Source: Gemmatimonadota bacterium
GTDB taxonomy: Bacteria > Latescibacterota > UBA2968 > UBA8231
Length of the DNA: 60,692 nucleotides
Reading direction: 5' to 3'
Assembly: GCA_038128265.1 (NCBI GenBank)
Contig: JAYPJE010000002.1
Coordinates: forward strand, 95,669 to 156,360
Positions 26,713 through 36,845 of this stretch are shown piece after piece. Within the stretch, counting starts at the first letter, position 1. Each line of letters opens with the position of its first letter. Below the pieces are notes generated by a model that was not told the origin of the DNA, searched no databases, and worked only from the letters and a program-made list of their open reading frames with translations. A program made the position numbers and the translations under genes.

Positions 26713-29700
26713 ATGTCCCAAGGAATATCATTCTCGGGTCTGGGCTCCGGCCTCGATACGGACAGCATTATATCGCAGCTATTAAGTATCGAGCGTCGTC
26801 CCATATCCCTGATACAGCAGCGCCAGGCTACCCTGGAGCAGCAGAAGGGCGTTCTCAACTCGATCAATTCGAGTTTGATCTCTCTGCAAAGTGCTACCGA
26901 AAGCCTGGCTACCGACGAGGTCTTCTCGATCGTCAGCGCCAAATCCGACGAGAGCGCGCGCGTATCGGTCGATGCGAGCAACGAGGCCGCCGCCGGCAAT
27001 TTCAGCGTAGAAGTGTTGGAGTTGGCCAAGGCGCGCCGACTGTCTTCGCGCTCTTTTTCCAGTCTATCAGAATCCCTCAACGCAAGCGGTGAGTTCGTCG
27101 TCAACGGCAAAGGCATCGAAATCGAAGCCGAAGATGATCTGCTGGATGTCCGCGATAAAATCAATGCGGCTGATGCGGGCGTCACGGCGCAGCTGCTCAC
27201 CGTATCCAACGGCGATAGCCGCCTCATTCTGACGGCGGACGAAGTGGGCAGCAATGGATTTTCCATCCAAGATGCCAGCACGACGGATGTGCTGCAGAGC
27301 CTGGGTTTCACTTCGAGTGGCACCAGCATAAAGAATGCGTTTAATAACGGCGTTCGCAGCGGACAGTTTCTGGCGGCTGATGAGTCCGTTGGTCAGCTGC
27401 TGTCGCTGAGCTCGCCGCCGGCTGGCACCGTCAAGGTGGGCGAAGCCGAAATAGAAATTGATCTTGCCTCCGACTCGCTCAATGCCATTCGCGACAAGAT
27501 AAACGACGCTGAAATCGAGGGCGTTACGGCATCGATTGCCTCCAGCGACGTAGACGGCATCACGCGCTACCAGCTCGAGGTCGAGGGGACGACGTCCCTC
27601 ACCGACGACGGCGGCATTTTGGAGACCCTCGGTGCTCTGTCTAACGGGGGTAGCCTCGCCGACCCCATCGCATCGGGTGCCGAGAGCGATGCATTTGTCA
27701 GTAGTACCACGGCCCTGGGCTCGCTGTTGGGGTTGGCTAGCGGTCCGTCGGGCACGGTGCAAATCGCCGGGCAAGCGATCGATATCGATCTGGCCGAAGA
27801 TTCGCTCAGCGACATTCAGACGCGGATCAACGACGCGGCACCCGAAGGCGTTTCTGCGACGATTATCAGCTCGAGCGACGACGATGGCAATGCGTCGTTG
27901 CAGCTGCGCATTATCGGCACGACCGAGTTGACCGACGACGGTAACGTCCTCGAGTCCATCGGCGTTCTGGTCGGCTCCAATAACGCCTTTGAGAGCGTGG
28001 CCCAGGTCCTGACTTCAAATGCTTCGCTGGAGGAAAAGGGTGCGCTTGTAAACGCCACCGAAAGCGGTGCAAAGACCAATGCGTTGGCCAGCGACGCCGA
28101 CGTGGTTGGCGGTCTAATTGATTCGGGGGCGGCTGGCACGGTTTCCATTGGCGACGCGGTCGTAGAAATCGATTTGGCTGCTGATTCGCTCAATGATATT
28201 CGCGACAAGATCAATCTGGCCGCGCCGACTGGAGTTACTGCTGCGGTAAATGTGACTGAATCCGGCGAATTCGAGCTGGAGATTAGCGGGACGAGCGATT
28301 TTGTCGACGATGGCGGTGTGCTCAATGCCCTCGGCGTGATCGAGGAGCCCACGGAGATCAGTGCAGATACGCGTTTCGCCAATATCTTGGGTGCTGGCGT
28401 GCAGGCCGGCGATACGATTTCGATTAGCGGCACCAATAAAGACGGCGATCAGATTTCCAGCACCTTTACGATCAGCAACGGCAATGTAAAGGTGCAAAAT
28501 CTCATCAACAGCATAGAACAGGCCTTCGGCAATTCCGTTGATGCCTCGCTCGACGCTTCGGGCCGCATCGTTCTACGCGACGGTGAGGCGGGGGCCAGCC
28601 AGTTGACCCTGAGCCTGCAGGCCAACAACGAGGGGGGCGGGAGCTTGGCCTTGGGCGGTATGGCTCGGACGACTTCGGGCAGCGATGCCCGCTCGTCGGA
28701 ACTGCAGGCCGGTCAGGATGCCCTATTTCGCATCAATGGTATCGAGCTAAATCGCGCGACGAATACCGTAACCGATGCCGTGCAGGGGGTTACGCTCAAC
28801 CTGTTGGAAGCCGAAGAGGGCGAACTCGTCAATATCACTGTCGACAAGGACGATACGTCGGCGTTGCGCGATAATATTAGCTCTTTTGTCGAACAGTTTA
28901 ATACCGCGATGGATCTGATCAACGAGCAATTTGCCTATGATGAGACGTCCCAGAAGGCGGGGCCAATGGCCGGCGATTCTACGCTACTCTCGCTGCAGTC
29001 GCGCCTGCGCTCGGTCGTCACGTCGCAGGTTGATGGCTTGGATGAAGGCTTTAATGCGCTCGTGTTGGTGGGCATCAATTTCGACCGGAACGGGCGTCTG
29101 CAGATTGACGAGGAGCGTCTGACCGAGGTGCTCAACGAAAACCTCGAGGATGTGCGCAAGCTATTTGTCGCTCAGGGCAGTGCCTCCGATGAAGATGTCG
29201 ACTTCGTCTCTTCCAATTCGCGGACCACGGCGGGCAATTACAGCGTTTCCGTAACGCAGGCCGCCGCGCGGGCCTCGCTAGTGGGCGACGTGGAGTTCAA
29301 CGATGTTCTGAGTGAAGATCAGGTGCTCGAGATCGTCGATAAGGTCACGGGCAAGCCGACGCGAATCCAGCTCAGCGCGGGAGATAGCCTGAATTCGATT
29401 GTTAGCCAAATTAATTCGGACCTGGCCAGCGATGTCGCTGAGGTGCGCCGCGCGTCCATCGCCAATACGACCGACGGCAATACGGCGATCCTCGCTTCGA
29501 GCGCATTTGCCGATATTTTTGGTGCCGGCGTGCAGAATGGCGATACGATTCGCATCAATGGCACCACGCACGATGGGGCCAGCCTTTCGCGCACCTTTAC
29601 CATCGAGGACGCGACGACCACGACGGTGGGCGATATGCTGGCCGAAGTGCGCAGAATGTTTGGCGGTCGCGTTAGCACCAATATCGACTCTGAAGGTCGC

Positions 29701-30369
29701 ATTGTTATAACTGACAACCAGGTTGGCAATAGCAATTTGACCCTGACTCTAGTCGAGGAAAACGAGGGCGGTGGCAGTCTTAACTTCGGCAGTATTGAAG
29801 TCGAAAGCGAAGGCCGTCTCGGTCTGGATATCACGGCTAGCAACCGGGATAATCGGCTCGTTATCGAACACAACGGCTTTGGTGTGCGCAACGGTTTTAC
29901 CATCGGCTCTGACCTCGCCGAATTGGGGCTCAGCGCCGGCACCGTTGAAGGCAAGGACGTGCAGGGAGAGATCGACGGGCAAGAGGCCGACGGCTTCGGC
30001 CGAGTGCTCACGGGGAAAATTGGTGCAGAGAACGTCGATGGCCTGTCGCTGCGCGTCAATTTGGACGAGGACGAACTGGCCGGCGCGGGCGCAGATCAGG
30101 GCAGTGTTAACCTGATTTTTGGCGTGGGGCGCCTGCTGGCCGACGAACTGAAGTCGATCACTGATTCGTTTGATGGAACAATCAGAAACCGTGAAAAAGC
30201 CATTGACGACACCATTGACGACCTGGATTCGCGCATCGCCGATATGGAGCGGCGCGTCGAACAGAAGCGACTCAACTTAGTGGGGCGTTTTGCCTCGTTG
30301 GAAGGCAGCATTGCCACGCTGCAATCGCAGGGCAACTTTCTCAGCAACCAGCTCGCTGGACTGAGATAG
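26713..30369 (+). CDS. fliD: flagellar filament cap FliD, giant (1218 aa) with internal repeats
   Basis: FSGLGSGLDT.SII.QL..IER.P N-terminus; GQDA.F.INGI...R.TNTV.D...GVTL.L; FV..FN; C-terminal ...RF..LE..I..LQSQ..L. Confidence 0.93.
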   Translation: MSQGISFSGLGSGLDTDSIISQLLSIERRPISLIQQRQATLEQQKGVLNSINSSLISLQSATESLATDEVFSIVSAKSDESARVSVDASNEAAAGNFSVEVLELAKARRLSSRSFSSLSESLNASGEFVVNGKGIEIEAEDDLLDVRDKINAADAGVTAQLLTVSNGDSRLILTADEVGSNGFSIQDASTTDVLQSLGFTSSGTSIKNAFNNGVRSGQFLAADESVGQLLSLSSPPAGTVKVGEAEIEIDLASDSLNAIRDKINDAEIEGVTASIASSDVDGITRYQLEVEGTTSLTDDGGILETLGALSNGGSLADPIASGAESDAFVSSTTALGSLLGLASGPSGTVQIAGQAIDIDLAEDSLSDIQTRINDAAPEGVSATIISSSDDDGNASLQLRIIGTTELTDDGNVLESIGVLVGSNNAFESVAQVLTSNASLEEKGALVNATESGAKTNALASDADVVGGLIDSGAAGTVSIGDAVVEIDLAADSLNDIRDKINLAAPTGVTAAVNVTESGEFELEISGTSDFVDDGGVLNALGVIEEPTEISADTRFANILGAGVQAGDTISISGTNKDGDQISSTFTISNGNVKVQNLINSIEQAFGNSVDASLDASGRIVLRDGEAGASQLTLSLQANNEGGGSLALGGMARTTSGSDARSSELQAGQDALFRINGIELNRATNTVTDAVQGVTLNLLEAEEGELVNITVDKDDTSALRDNISSFVEQFNTAMDLINEQFAYDETSQKAGPMAGDSTLLSLQSRLRSVVTSQVDGLDEGFNALVLVGINFDRNGRLQIDEERLTEVLNENLEDVRKLFVAQGSASDEDVDFVSSNSRTTAGNYSVSVTQAAARASLVGDVEFNDVLSEDQVLEIVDKVTGKPTRIQLSAGDSLNSIVSQINSDLASDVAEVRRASIANTTDGNTAILASSAFADIFGAGVQNGDTIRINGTTHDGASLSRTFTIEDATTTTVGDMLAEVRRMFGGRVSTNIDSEGRIVITDNQVGNSNLTLTLVEENEGGGSLNFGSIEVESEGRLGLDITASNRDNRLVIEHNGFGVRNGFTIGSDLAELGLSAGTVEGKDVQGEIDGQEADGFGRVLTGKIGAENVDGLSLRVNLDEDELAGAGADQGSVNLIFGVGRLLADELKSITDSFDGTIRNREKAIDDTIDDLDSRIADMERRVEQKRLNLVGRFASLEGSIATLQSQGNFLSNQLAGLR

Positions 30370-30393
30370 CGTAGGGGGAGAATGAGCTAAGCA

Positions 30394-30831
30394 ATGAATA
30401 GAGGCGCGTACAAGCAGTACAACCAAGTGCAAATAAAGACGGCAAATCGAGGCAAGCTGATCGTCATGCTCTACCAGGGGGCTATTCGCTTTATGAAGAA
30501 GGCGATACTGCACCTAGAGCAGAAGGATATGGAAGGCAAGGGCAATGCGCTCATTCGAGCGCAGGATATTATTCTCGAATTGACCTATGCGCTCGATCAG
30601 CAGCTGTTGGAAAAGGGCGATGAACTCGCCGTCAACCTGCAGCGCCTTTACCTGTATTCGTACCGGCGGCTCGTACACGCCAATATGCGCATGGAAAAGG
30701 AGCCGATTGAAGAAGTTATCAAGCTGATGGAAAATCTGCTGCAGGCCTGGGAGCAGGTGGTGCAGGGCGAGGGCGGTGAGCCGGGTGGAGAGACTCCGGC
30801 GGCTTCCTCCGGATTGGTGTTGACGGGTTAA
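30394..30831 (+). CDS. fliS: flagellin chaperone FliS
   Basis: Y...Q..TA...LIVMLY.GAIRF, RAQDII.EL...LD, E.A.NL..LY.Y, L..AWEQ. Confidence 0.95.
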   Translation: MNRGAYKQYNQVQIKTANRGKLIVMLYQGAIRFMKKAILHLEQKDMEGKGNALIRAQDIILELTYALDQQLLEKGDELAVNLQRLYLYSYRRLVHANMRMEKEPIEEVIKLMENLLQAWEQVVQGEGGEPGGETPAASSGLVLTG

Positions 30832-31248
30832 ATGGCTATTGAGGCAAACAGCGCCGAGACGCTGCAGCTGCTCGACGAACAGTGCCGTGCCTACGGCGAT
30901 ATGTTCGAAGTGGGAAAAAAACAGCGCGCCTGCATCGAGCAGCAGGATTACGAGGCGCTTGAACTGGCCTTTTCCGAGATGCACAGGCTGATGGACGAAG
31001 TGCGTTTGCGCCAGCAGAAACTGCCCGATCTAAACGCGAGCGAGCAGGCGGTCGAGATGCGCATAGAGCGCATGCGCGACTGGCTGGAGCGCCTGCAGGA
31101 TCAGCGCGCTGCCACGCAGTCGATTGCCGAGGAGATGCTGCGTCTCAATCGCGAGGAATTTCGGCAAATTGGTCGCGGCCGGCGCGCCGCCCGGGGGTAC
31201 AAAGCGGCCCATGCCACCGATGCGCGCCTCTATGACGGAACGCGATAG
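30832..31248 (+). CDS. FliT/FlgN-like helical flagellar chaperone
   Basis: 138-aa helical protein directly after fliS, with C-terminal 'RRAARGY...RLYDGTR' resembling FliT-like proteins. Assignment rests mainly on position. Confidence 0.55.
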   Translation: MAIEANSAETLQLLDEQCRAYGDMFEVGKKQRACIEQQDYEALELAFSEMHRLMDEVRLRQQKLPDLNASEQAVEMRIERMRDWLERLQDQRAATQSIAEEMLRLNREEFRQIGRGRRAARGYKAAHATDARLYDGTR

Positions 31249-31316
31249 GTTGTAATTTCTGAGGAGCCTCCCTATATTGGCCAAGGCGGCCCCCGCGAGT
31301 TTTTTTATCTAGCGGC

Positions 31317-31343
31317 TAAAGTTTTTAGCAAAGTGGCCGATAT
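31317..31343 (+). promoter_or_regulatory. sigma28 promoter of flgM
   Basis: TAAAGTTT-N11-GCCGATAT, an essentially perfect extended consensus. Confidence 0.88.
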
Positions 31344-31387
31344 ATTGTAGTAGAAGCGGGTTTTACACTTAGAGAAGAGGCCCAGAG

Positions 31388-31843
31388 ATGCGCATAGACG
31401 GATTATCGCATCAGCCGAAGATTTCACAGTCCCAGCAGCGCGGCGCTCCCGTTCGTGGTAAGAGAGAAGGCGAGCGCGCTGACGACGTGGTTGAGATCTC
31501 GCAAGGAGCAAAAGATGTCTCCGAACTCAGCGCCTTAGCGCGCGCAGAGTCGACGGAGACCAATCCCCGGATAGACGAGATTAAGCAGCGCGTCGAGTCT
31601 GGATACTACAACGGGCGTCAGGTCCGCGAGCAAATCGCCGATACGCTCCTCGAATCCAGCAGCATGCAATCCGAAGTGGCGGACATTGCCGTCTTCAGGG
31701 GTGCGCAGCAGCAGCTGGAAGACGTGCCTGATGTGCGCGATGACAGAGTGAGTGAGGCGCGACAGCGCGTAGAGAGCGGATTCTACGATCAGGCGGAAGT
31801 CCGGCTCGAAACAGCCGATCGCATACTAGACGAGATGGCCTAG
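31388..31843 (+). CDS. flgM: anti-sigma28 factor FlgM with a duplicated sigma-binding domain
   Basis: MRIDG...DVVEISQGA, then RIDEIKQRVESGYY...IADTLL and DVRDDRVSEARQRVESGFY...TADRIL. Confidence 0.82.
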   Translation: MRIDGLSHQPKISQSQQRGAPVRGKREGERADDVVEISQGAKDVSELSALARAESTETNPRIDEIKQRVESGYYNGRQVREQIADTLLESSSMQSEVADIAVFRGAQQQLEDVPDVRDDRVSEARQRVESGFYDQAEVRLETADRILDEMA

Positions 31844-31868
31844 CGGTCGGGCGATACATAGAATTGTG

Positions 31869-31900
31869 AAATGGCGATGCCTGCGGGCGTCGCCATTTTT
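31869..31900 (+). terminator. intrinsic terminator ending the flagellar cluster
   Basis: AAATGGCGATGCC-TGCG-GGCGTCGCCATTT running into a T-rich tail. Confidence 0.85.
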
Positions 31901-31983
31901 GTGTTTGGGGCAGCGCCGTGCCCCACATTGCTCAGAGGGTCTGGGCAGAGCAATTTGGACCAAATACACGCGGAAATAGAGCG

Positions 31984-32970
31984 ATGCTGGATGGCGATTG
32001 CGTAATTGGCGTTGATGGCGGTGGGTCGCATACGCGCGCGGCCTTGGTTGGGCGCGACGGTCGCATTGTGGAGGTGGTCCACGGTAGCGGCGGTAACTTC
32101 CAGCAGATTGGACTCGAAGGCTTGGAGCGCCTGCTGCGGGATATGCTGGGGGCTTGGGTTGAGTCCCCCAATGGGGTGCGCCCGCGTGCTATGTGCCTCG
32201 GTTTGGCCGGTGCTGGACGGCAGGCTGAACAGCAGGCTATCACCACGCACTTTGAAGCGCTGGGTTGGGTAGGTCGCGTGCGCGTCGAGAGCGATGCGCG
32301 CACGGCGTTGGCGGGAGCGCATGCCGGTCAGGCTGGTATTATTGCCATTGCTGGCACCGGGTCGATGGTGTTGGGAGTCAATGAGGAGGGGGAGTGGGTG
32401 CGCGCCGGTGGGTGGGGTCCAATTCTCGGAGACGAGGGCAGCGGCTACGATATTGCGCTGAGGGGGGTGCGCGCTGCCCTCGCGGTGCACGATGGCAGCG
32501 GCCCCGATACGGTACTGGATAGCGTCCTGCGCCAAGAGCTGGGGGTGAGCGAGTGGAGTCAGCTGGTTGCTAGGGTGTATGGCGGCGACCTTGACCGTGC
32601 GCGCATCGCAGCGCTTGCGCCGCTTGTGTTACAGGCGGCCAAGGAGGGCGATGCAGTGGCTATGTCCGTTGTCGACGGCGCGGTGCTGGGTCTATCGGGG
32701 CAGATTGCCGCTGTTGCGCGGCGTTTGCACGCAGATGGTCGCGCGCGGTTGGCCTACAGCGGTGGGGTGGTCGTCGGGTCTTCGCTGCTGCGCGAAAAGA
32801 TCGGACGGCAGCTGGCGGCACAGGGGTGTATCGTCGAGAACGCCCCGCTGCGTCTGGCTCCGGTTTTGGGGGCCGCGCTGCTGGCCTGGGAGCACGTGGG
32901 CGTCAAACTGGAAGCGGTCGCCGTCGATGTGCTCGAAGGGAGCGGCGGAGCGCTCCTGGCGGAAACTTGA
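31984..32970 (+). CDS. BadF/BadG/BcrA/BcrD-type sugar kinase (N-acetylglucosamine/N-acetylmuramate kinase-like)
   Basis: IGVDGGGSHT, GLAGAG, SDA..AL.GA, IAGTGS, RAGGWG..LGDEGSG. Confidence 0.88.
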   Translation: MLDGDCVIGVDGGGSHTRAALVGRDGRIVEVVHGSGGNFQQIGLEGLERLLRDMLGAWVESPNGVRPRAMCLGLAGAGRQAEQQAITTHFEALGWVGRVRVESDARTALAGAHAGQAGIIAIAGTGSMVLGVNEEGEWVRAGGWGPILGDEGSGYDIALRGVRAALAVHDGSGPDTVLDSVLRQELGVSEWSQLVARVYGGDLDRARIAALAPLVLQAAKEGDAVAMSVVDGAVLGLSGQIAAVARRLHADGRARLAYSGGVVVGSSLLREKIGRQLAAQGCIVENAPLRLAPVLGAALLAWEHVGVKLEAVAVDVLEGSGGALLAET

Positions 32971-32994
32971 CAAGGCTACTTTGGCCCTTATCAT
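32967..32994 (+). promoter_or_regulatory. putative sigma70 promoter of the hrcA operon
   Basis: TTGACA-N16-TATCAT upstream of hrcA. Confidence 0.5.
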
Positions 32995-33043
32995 TATTTT
33001 TGGTATCCCCTTGATATAGACCGCAATACGAGCTGCAAGCGAC

Positions 33044-34075
33044 ATGGAAACTAAATCGGCTGATATCAATCGGCGAGAGATTCAGGTTCTGCAGGCACTA
33101 GTCCGGGCGCATATTGCCCTGGGCACTCCAGTGGGTTCGCGCACGCTGAGCGAGCAGTACGGCGTGGGGGCGAGCTCGGCTACCATCCGCAATGCCCTAG
33201 CGAATCTGGAGGAAAAGGGGTATGTGCACCAGCCCCATACATCGGCGGGACGGGTGCCCACAGAGCGCGGGTATCGCTTTTACGTCATGCAGTGTATGTC
33301 CGATGAAGCACTGGGGTTGGATGCCGGTGGTGTAGAGCTGCGTCGCCAGTTGGAGATGCAGCTGCGCGAAGGGGATATGCACGAGATTATGGCGCAGTTG
33401 GCCCATATTATCGGCAAGATATCCAAGCAGTTGGGACTGGTGCTGGCGCCCGGTTTTGAACGAGGGGTGCTCGGTCGCCTCGAACTCGTACACCTAGCCG
33501 ATAACCGCCTGCTGTTGGTCGTATCGATCAATCAGGGTCTGGTGAAGAGCTTGGTGATTGAAGTGGATTCGCGGATTTCGCGCGAGGACGTGCAGCTTAC
33601 GGGCCGCTGGCTCAACGAGCGCCTGTCGGGCTTGCAGTTGGCAGAGATTCGTCGGACGGTGCGCGAGCGCCTGCAGCCGCTCGCCGATAGCAATCCGCAG
33701 CTGGTGCGCGCCGTGGTCGACGAAATAGAGGCCCTCGCACAGGGCACGACGAGTGACCTGCACGTATCGGGCACCAGCAACTTGTGCCTGCATCCGGAGT
33801 TTGGCGATTCGCTGCAGGTGGCTGGGCTGGTCGATCTGGCAGAGAAAAAGGACCTACTAGCCGGGCTTATGAGCGAGCGGCGCGGCGTGGTCGTAACCAT
33901 TGGCGAAGACCACCCCCTCGCGGCGCTGCAGCGCTGTGGTATGGTGACGGCCAGTTACGACGTCGGCGGCGGATCGGGGGTTATTGGCATTATTGGCCCT
34001 ACCCGCATGCCCTATGACTCGCTGATGGCCTTGGTCAACTATGCGGCCTCACGCGCAGCGCAGCTAGTCTGTTAG
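33044..34075 (+). CDS. hrcA: heat-inducible transcription repressor HrcA
   Basis: PVGSRTL, SSATIRN....LE..G...QPHTSAGRVPT..GYR.YV, GIIGPTRM.Y. Confidence 0.97.
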   Translation: METKSADINRREIQVLQALVRAHIALGTPVGSRTLSEQYGVGASSATIRNALANLEEKGYVHQPHTSAGRVPTERGYRFYVMQCMSDEALGLDAGGVELRRQLEMQLREGDMHEIMAQLAHIIGKISKQLGLVLAPGFERGVLGRLELVHLADNRLLLVVSINQGLVKSLVIEVDSRISREDVQLTGRWLNERLSGLQLAEIRRTVRERLQPLADSNPQLVRAVVDEIEALAQGTTSDLHVSGTSNLCLHPEFGDSLQVAGLVDLAEKKDLLAGLMSERRGVVVTIGEDHPLAALQRCGMVTASYDVGGGSGVIGIIGPTRMPYDSLMALVNYAASRAAQLVC

Positions 34076-34116
34076 GTGCCCGCACAGCGAGGCCAACTTA
34101 TCACTGAAGGAGAACA

Positions 34117-34725
34117 ATGAGCGAGAGGGATTCAACGGAAGAGCAGACCCTCGATGAGGGCGATACCCGAGAAAATGGGGCGGTGGCAGAAGGAGAAGGT
34201 GGAGAGGCTACAGCGCAAGGGGACGAGGGCAATGCGGACGCGGCGGCAGAAGAGTTAAGTCCAGAACAGCTGTTGGCCGCAGCGCGAGAAGAAGCCGCTG
34301 CGCATTACGACCGCTACCTGCGCTCCGTGGCCGAATTGGACAACTTCCGCAAGCGCACGGCGCGCATGCGGTCAGACGTGCGCGAGGAAACCCTGCGCGA
34401 CGTCCTATTGCAGGTCGCGCCAGTACTCGACAATATGCGACGAGCCCTCGATCAAGAAACCGAGGACGCCGATGCGCTCAAGCAGGGAATTGAGCTGATT
34501 TATGCCCAGCTCAACGGCGCTCTCGATGGCTATGGACTCAAGCCGATCGATGCGGTTGATCAGCGTTTCGATCCCAACGTGCACGAGGCGATGCTCGAGG
34601 TTGAAGACGCCGAGCGCGAGCCGGGCACCGTTATACAGGAAATGGAAAAGGGATACACGCTGAACGACAAGGTCGTGCGGCCGGCGCGGGTAGTCGTCAG
34701 CAAGGCGCCAAGCGAGGGAGAATAG
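34117..34725 (+). CDS. grpE: nucleotide exchange factor GrpE
   Basis: YLR..AE.DNFRKR, PVLDN..RAL, FDPN.HEA, KGY.L...V.RPARVVV. Confidence 0.97.
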   Translation: MSERDSTEEQTLDEGDTRENGAVAEGEGGEATAQGDEGNADAAAEELSPEQLLAAAREEAAAHYDRYLRSVAELDNFRKRTARMRSDVREETLRDVLLQVAPVLDNMRRALDQETEDADALKQGIELIYAQLNGALDGYGLKPIDAVDQRFDPNVHEAMLEVEDAEREPGTVIQEMEKGYTLNDKVVRPARVVVSKAPSEGE

Positions 34726-34743
34726 CCCGCGGCGGGCACAGCC

Positions 34744-35883
34744 ATGGCAAAGAGAGATTATTACGAAGTATTGGGCGTGGGACGCGAGGCCAGCGAGGGC
34801 GAAGTAAAGAGCGCCTATCGCAAGCTCGCACTCAAATACCACCCGGATCGCAATCAGGGCAACGCCGAAGCGGAAGAGCTATTTAAAGAGGCGTCCGAGG
34901 CATACGAGGTGCTGTCCGATGGGGATAAGCGCGCGCAGTACGATCGCTATGGGCATGCCGGCGTTGAAGGCAATTTTGGCGGCGGCGGTTTCCAGTGGTC
35001 GGATTTTAGCCATGCATCGGATTTCCAGGATATATTTGGAGATATATTCGACTCGTTTTTTGGCGGTGGTGGTCGGCGGCGAGGTCCAGCCGGACCGCCG
35101 CGCGGTCGCGATCTGAAGATCAAGGTGTCGCTCTCCCTGGCAGAAATCATGACCGGCGTGGAGAAACAGATCAATCTCACGCGCTTTCAGGGATGCGACA
35201 CGTGCAGCTCGACGGGGGCCGCACCTGGCGCCAGCCGCGAGAAATGCACCACGTGCGGCGGCGTGGGGCAAGTCCAGCAGGTGGCGCGCACGCTATTCGG
35301 CCAACAGATGACCGTGGCGGCTTGTCCGGCCTGCGGCGGCGAGGGCAGCACGGTCTCAGAGCGCTGCGGTGACTGCAGCGGCGAAGGCCGCGTGCGCGGC
35401 CAAACGCGCCTTACCGTGCGCATCCCCGCTGGCGTTCAGGAGGGCAATTATATTCCGCTGCGCGGCCAGGGCGAAGTGGGGCCACGCGGCGGTCCGGCCG
35501 GCGACTGCCTCGTCTTTATAGAAGAGAAGGAAGATGCGAAGTTTACCCGCGACGGCAACGATATCATCCTACAGCTCCCCGTCAGCTTTGCGCAGGCCGC
35601 GCTCGGCGCCGAGGTCGAAGTGCCGACGCTGCAGGGTCAAGCCGTGCTAAAAATTCCCGCTGGCACGCAGGCTGGTCGCGTGTTTCGCATGGCGCGCAAG
35701 GGGCTGCCCGACGTAAACGGGCGCGGTGTGGGCGATCAATTGGTGCAGGTGCTGCTGTGGACCCCGCAGGATCTGAATCGAGAAGAGCGCGTGCTGTTCG
35801 AGGAGTTGGCCAAATTGGAACACGAACGCGTCCGCTCCGAAGGCGACAGCTTTTTCGATCGGATTCGCAAGGCATTCAGTTAA
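34744..35883 (+). CDS. dnaJ: chaperone DnaJ
   Basis: J domain with HPD, G/F region, four CxxCxGxG-type repeats, C-terminal domain. Confidence 0.98.
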   Translation: MAKRDYYEVLGVGREASEGEVKSAYRKLALKYHPDRNQGNAEAEELFKEASEAYEVLSDGDKRAQYDRYGHAGVEGNFGGGGFQWSDFSHASDFQDIFGDIFDSFFGGGGRRRGPAGPPRGRDLKIKVSLSLAEIMTGVEKQINLTRFQGCDTCSSTGAAPGASREKCTTCGGVGQVQQVARTLFGQQMTVAACPACGGEGSTVSERCGDCSGEGRVRGQTRLTVRIPAGVQEGNYIPLRGQGEVGPRGGPAGDCLVFIEEKEDAKFTRDGNDIILQLPVSFAQAALGAEVEVPTLQGQAVLKIPAGTQAGRVFRMARKGLPDVNGRGVGDQLVQVLLWTPQDLNREERVLFEELAKLEHERVRSEGDSFFDRIRKAFS

Positions 35884-35933
35884 GTAGTACCGTGCCGCAA
35901 AGCCGTGTGGCACGGTTGCATCTGGGAGCGACC

Positions 35934-36758
35934 ATGCAGTTTTTCTCCAAAAAAAAGCAGATCGATAGCGGGGTCCCCAGGACGCTCTTTGCCGAGGGGC
36001 CGCTGGCCAGCGTGCGCAATGCCGTAGCCATAGCCAGCGGTAAAGGGGGGGTTGGAAAGTCGACGCTCAGCGTCAATCTGGCGGTGAGTTTAGCGGAGCA
36101 GGGTGCTGCCGTGGGGCTACTCGACGCCGATATATACGGTCCCAGCATTCCTCTGATGGCTGGAGTAAGTGAAGAGCCGGCTCTGTCAAACGAGCAGCGC
36201 CTGCTGCCGGTCAAGGCGCACGGCATCGGACTGATGTCCATCGGCTTTATCGCCGGTAGAGATGCCCCTGTTATCTGGCGCGGACCGCTCTTGGCGCGGG
36301 CGCTGCAGCAGTTTCTCCACCAGGTCGAGTGGGGTGCTCTCGACTACTTGCTGATCGACTTGCCACCGGGAACGGGCGATATACCGCTTACGCTGAGTCA
36401 GTCCATTGCCCTATCCGGCGCCGTGGTTGTTACCACGCCGCAGAGCGTGGCATTAGAAGACGTCGAGCGCGGCATGGCCATGTTCGAAAAAGTGGAAGTC
36501 GACGTGCTCGGCGTGGTGGAAAATATGAGCTACTATCTGTGCCCCCACTGCGATAAGCGGCACGAAATCTTTGGCAAGGGAGGGGGGCGCGCGGCGGCCA
36601 AGCGCAACGGCGTGGCCTTTTTTGGCGAAGTGCCGCTGCTCGAGGCCATACGCTCTGCTGGGGATGGGGGGCGTCCCGCCGCGCTAGAAAAACAGTACGA
36701 ACCCATTTTTGCCCCGGTCGCTGCTGGGATCGTCGACCAACTACGCTCGCTCGCTTAG
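35934..36758 (+). CDS. Mrp/NBP35 (ApbC) Fe-S carrier ATPase
   Basis: ASGKGGVGKST, LDADIYGPS, VIWRGP, LDYLLIDLPPGTGD, VENMS...CPHC. Start re-called at 35934. Confidence 0.93.
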   Translation: MQFFSKKKQIDSGVPRTLFAEGPLASVRNAVAIASGKGGVGKSTLSVNLAVSLAEQGAAVGLLDADIYGPSIPLMAGVSEEPALSNEQRLLPVKAHGIGLMSIGFIAGRDAPVIWRGPLLARALQQFLHQVEWGALDYLLIDLPPGTGDIPLTLSQSIALSGAVVVTTPQSVALEDVERGMAMFEKVEVDVLGVVENMSYYLCPHCDKRHEIFGKGGGRAAAKRNGVAFFGEVPLLEAIRSAGDGGRPAALEKQYEPIFAPVAAGIVDQLRSLA

Positions 36759-36845
36759 GCGCGTTTCTGCAGCCCTTCTCGCCACCTGCTGCCGGTTTCT
36801 CCGGCTTGCCACTCGTTTGCCGACCTCACTATCTTAGCTACTACT

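Noticed and set aside
33000..33030. CIRCE operator upstream of hrcA
   Set aside because: TTGGTATCC...GACCGCAA is too far from TTAGCACTC-N9-GAGTGCTAA and is not a good inverted repeat.
35949..36051. A8 and G7 runs in mrp as phase-variation tracts
   Set aside because: They are short, in frame, and encode KKK and the conserved GKGG P-loop of a housekeeping gene.
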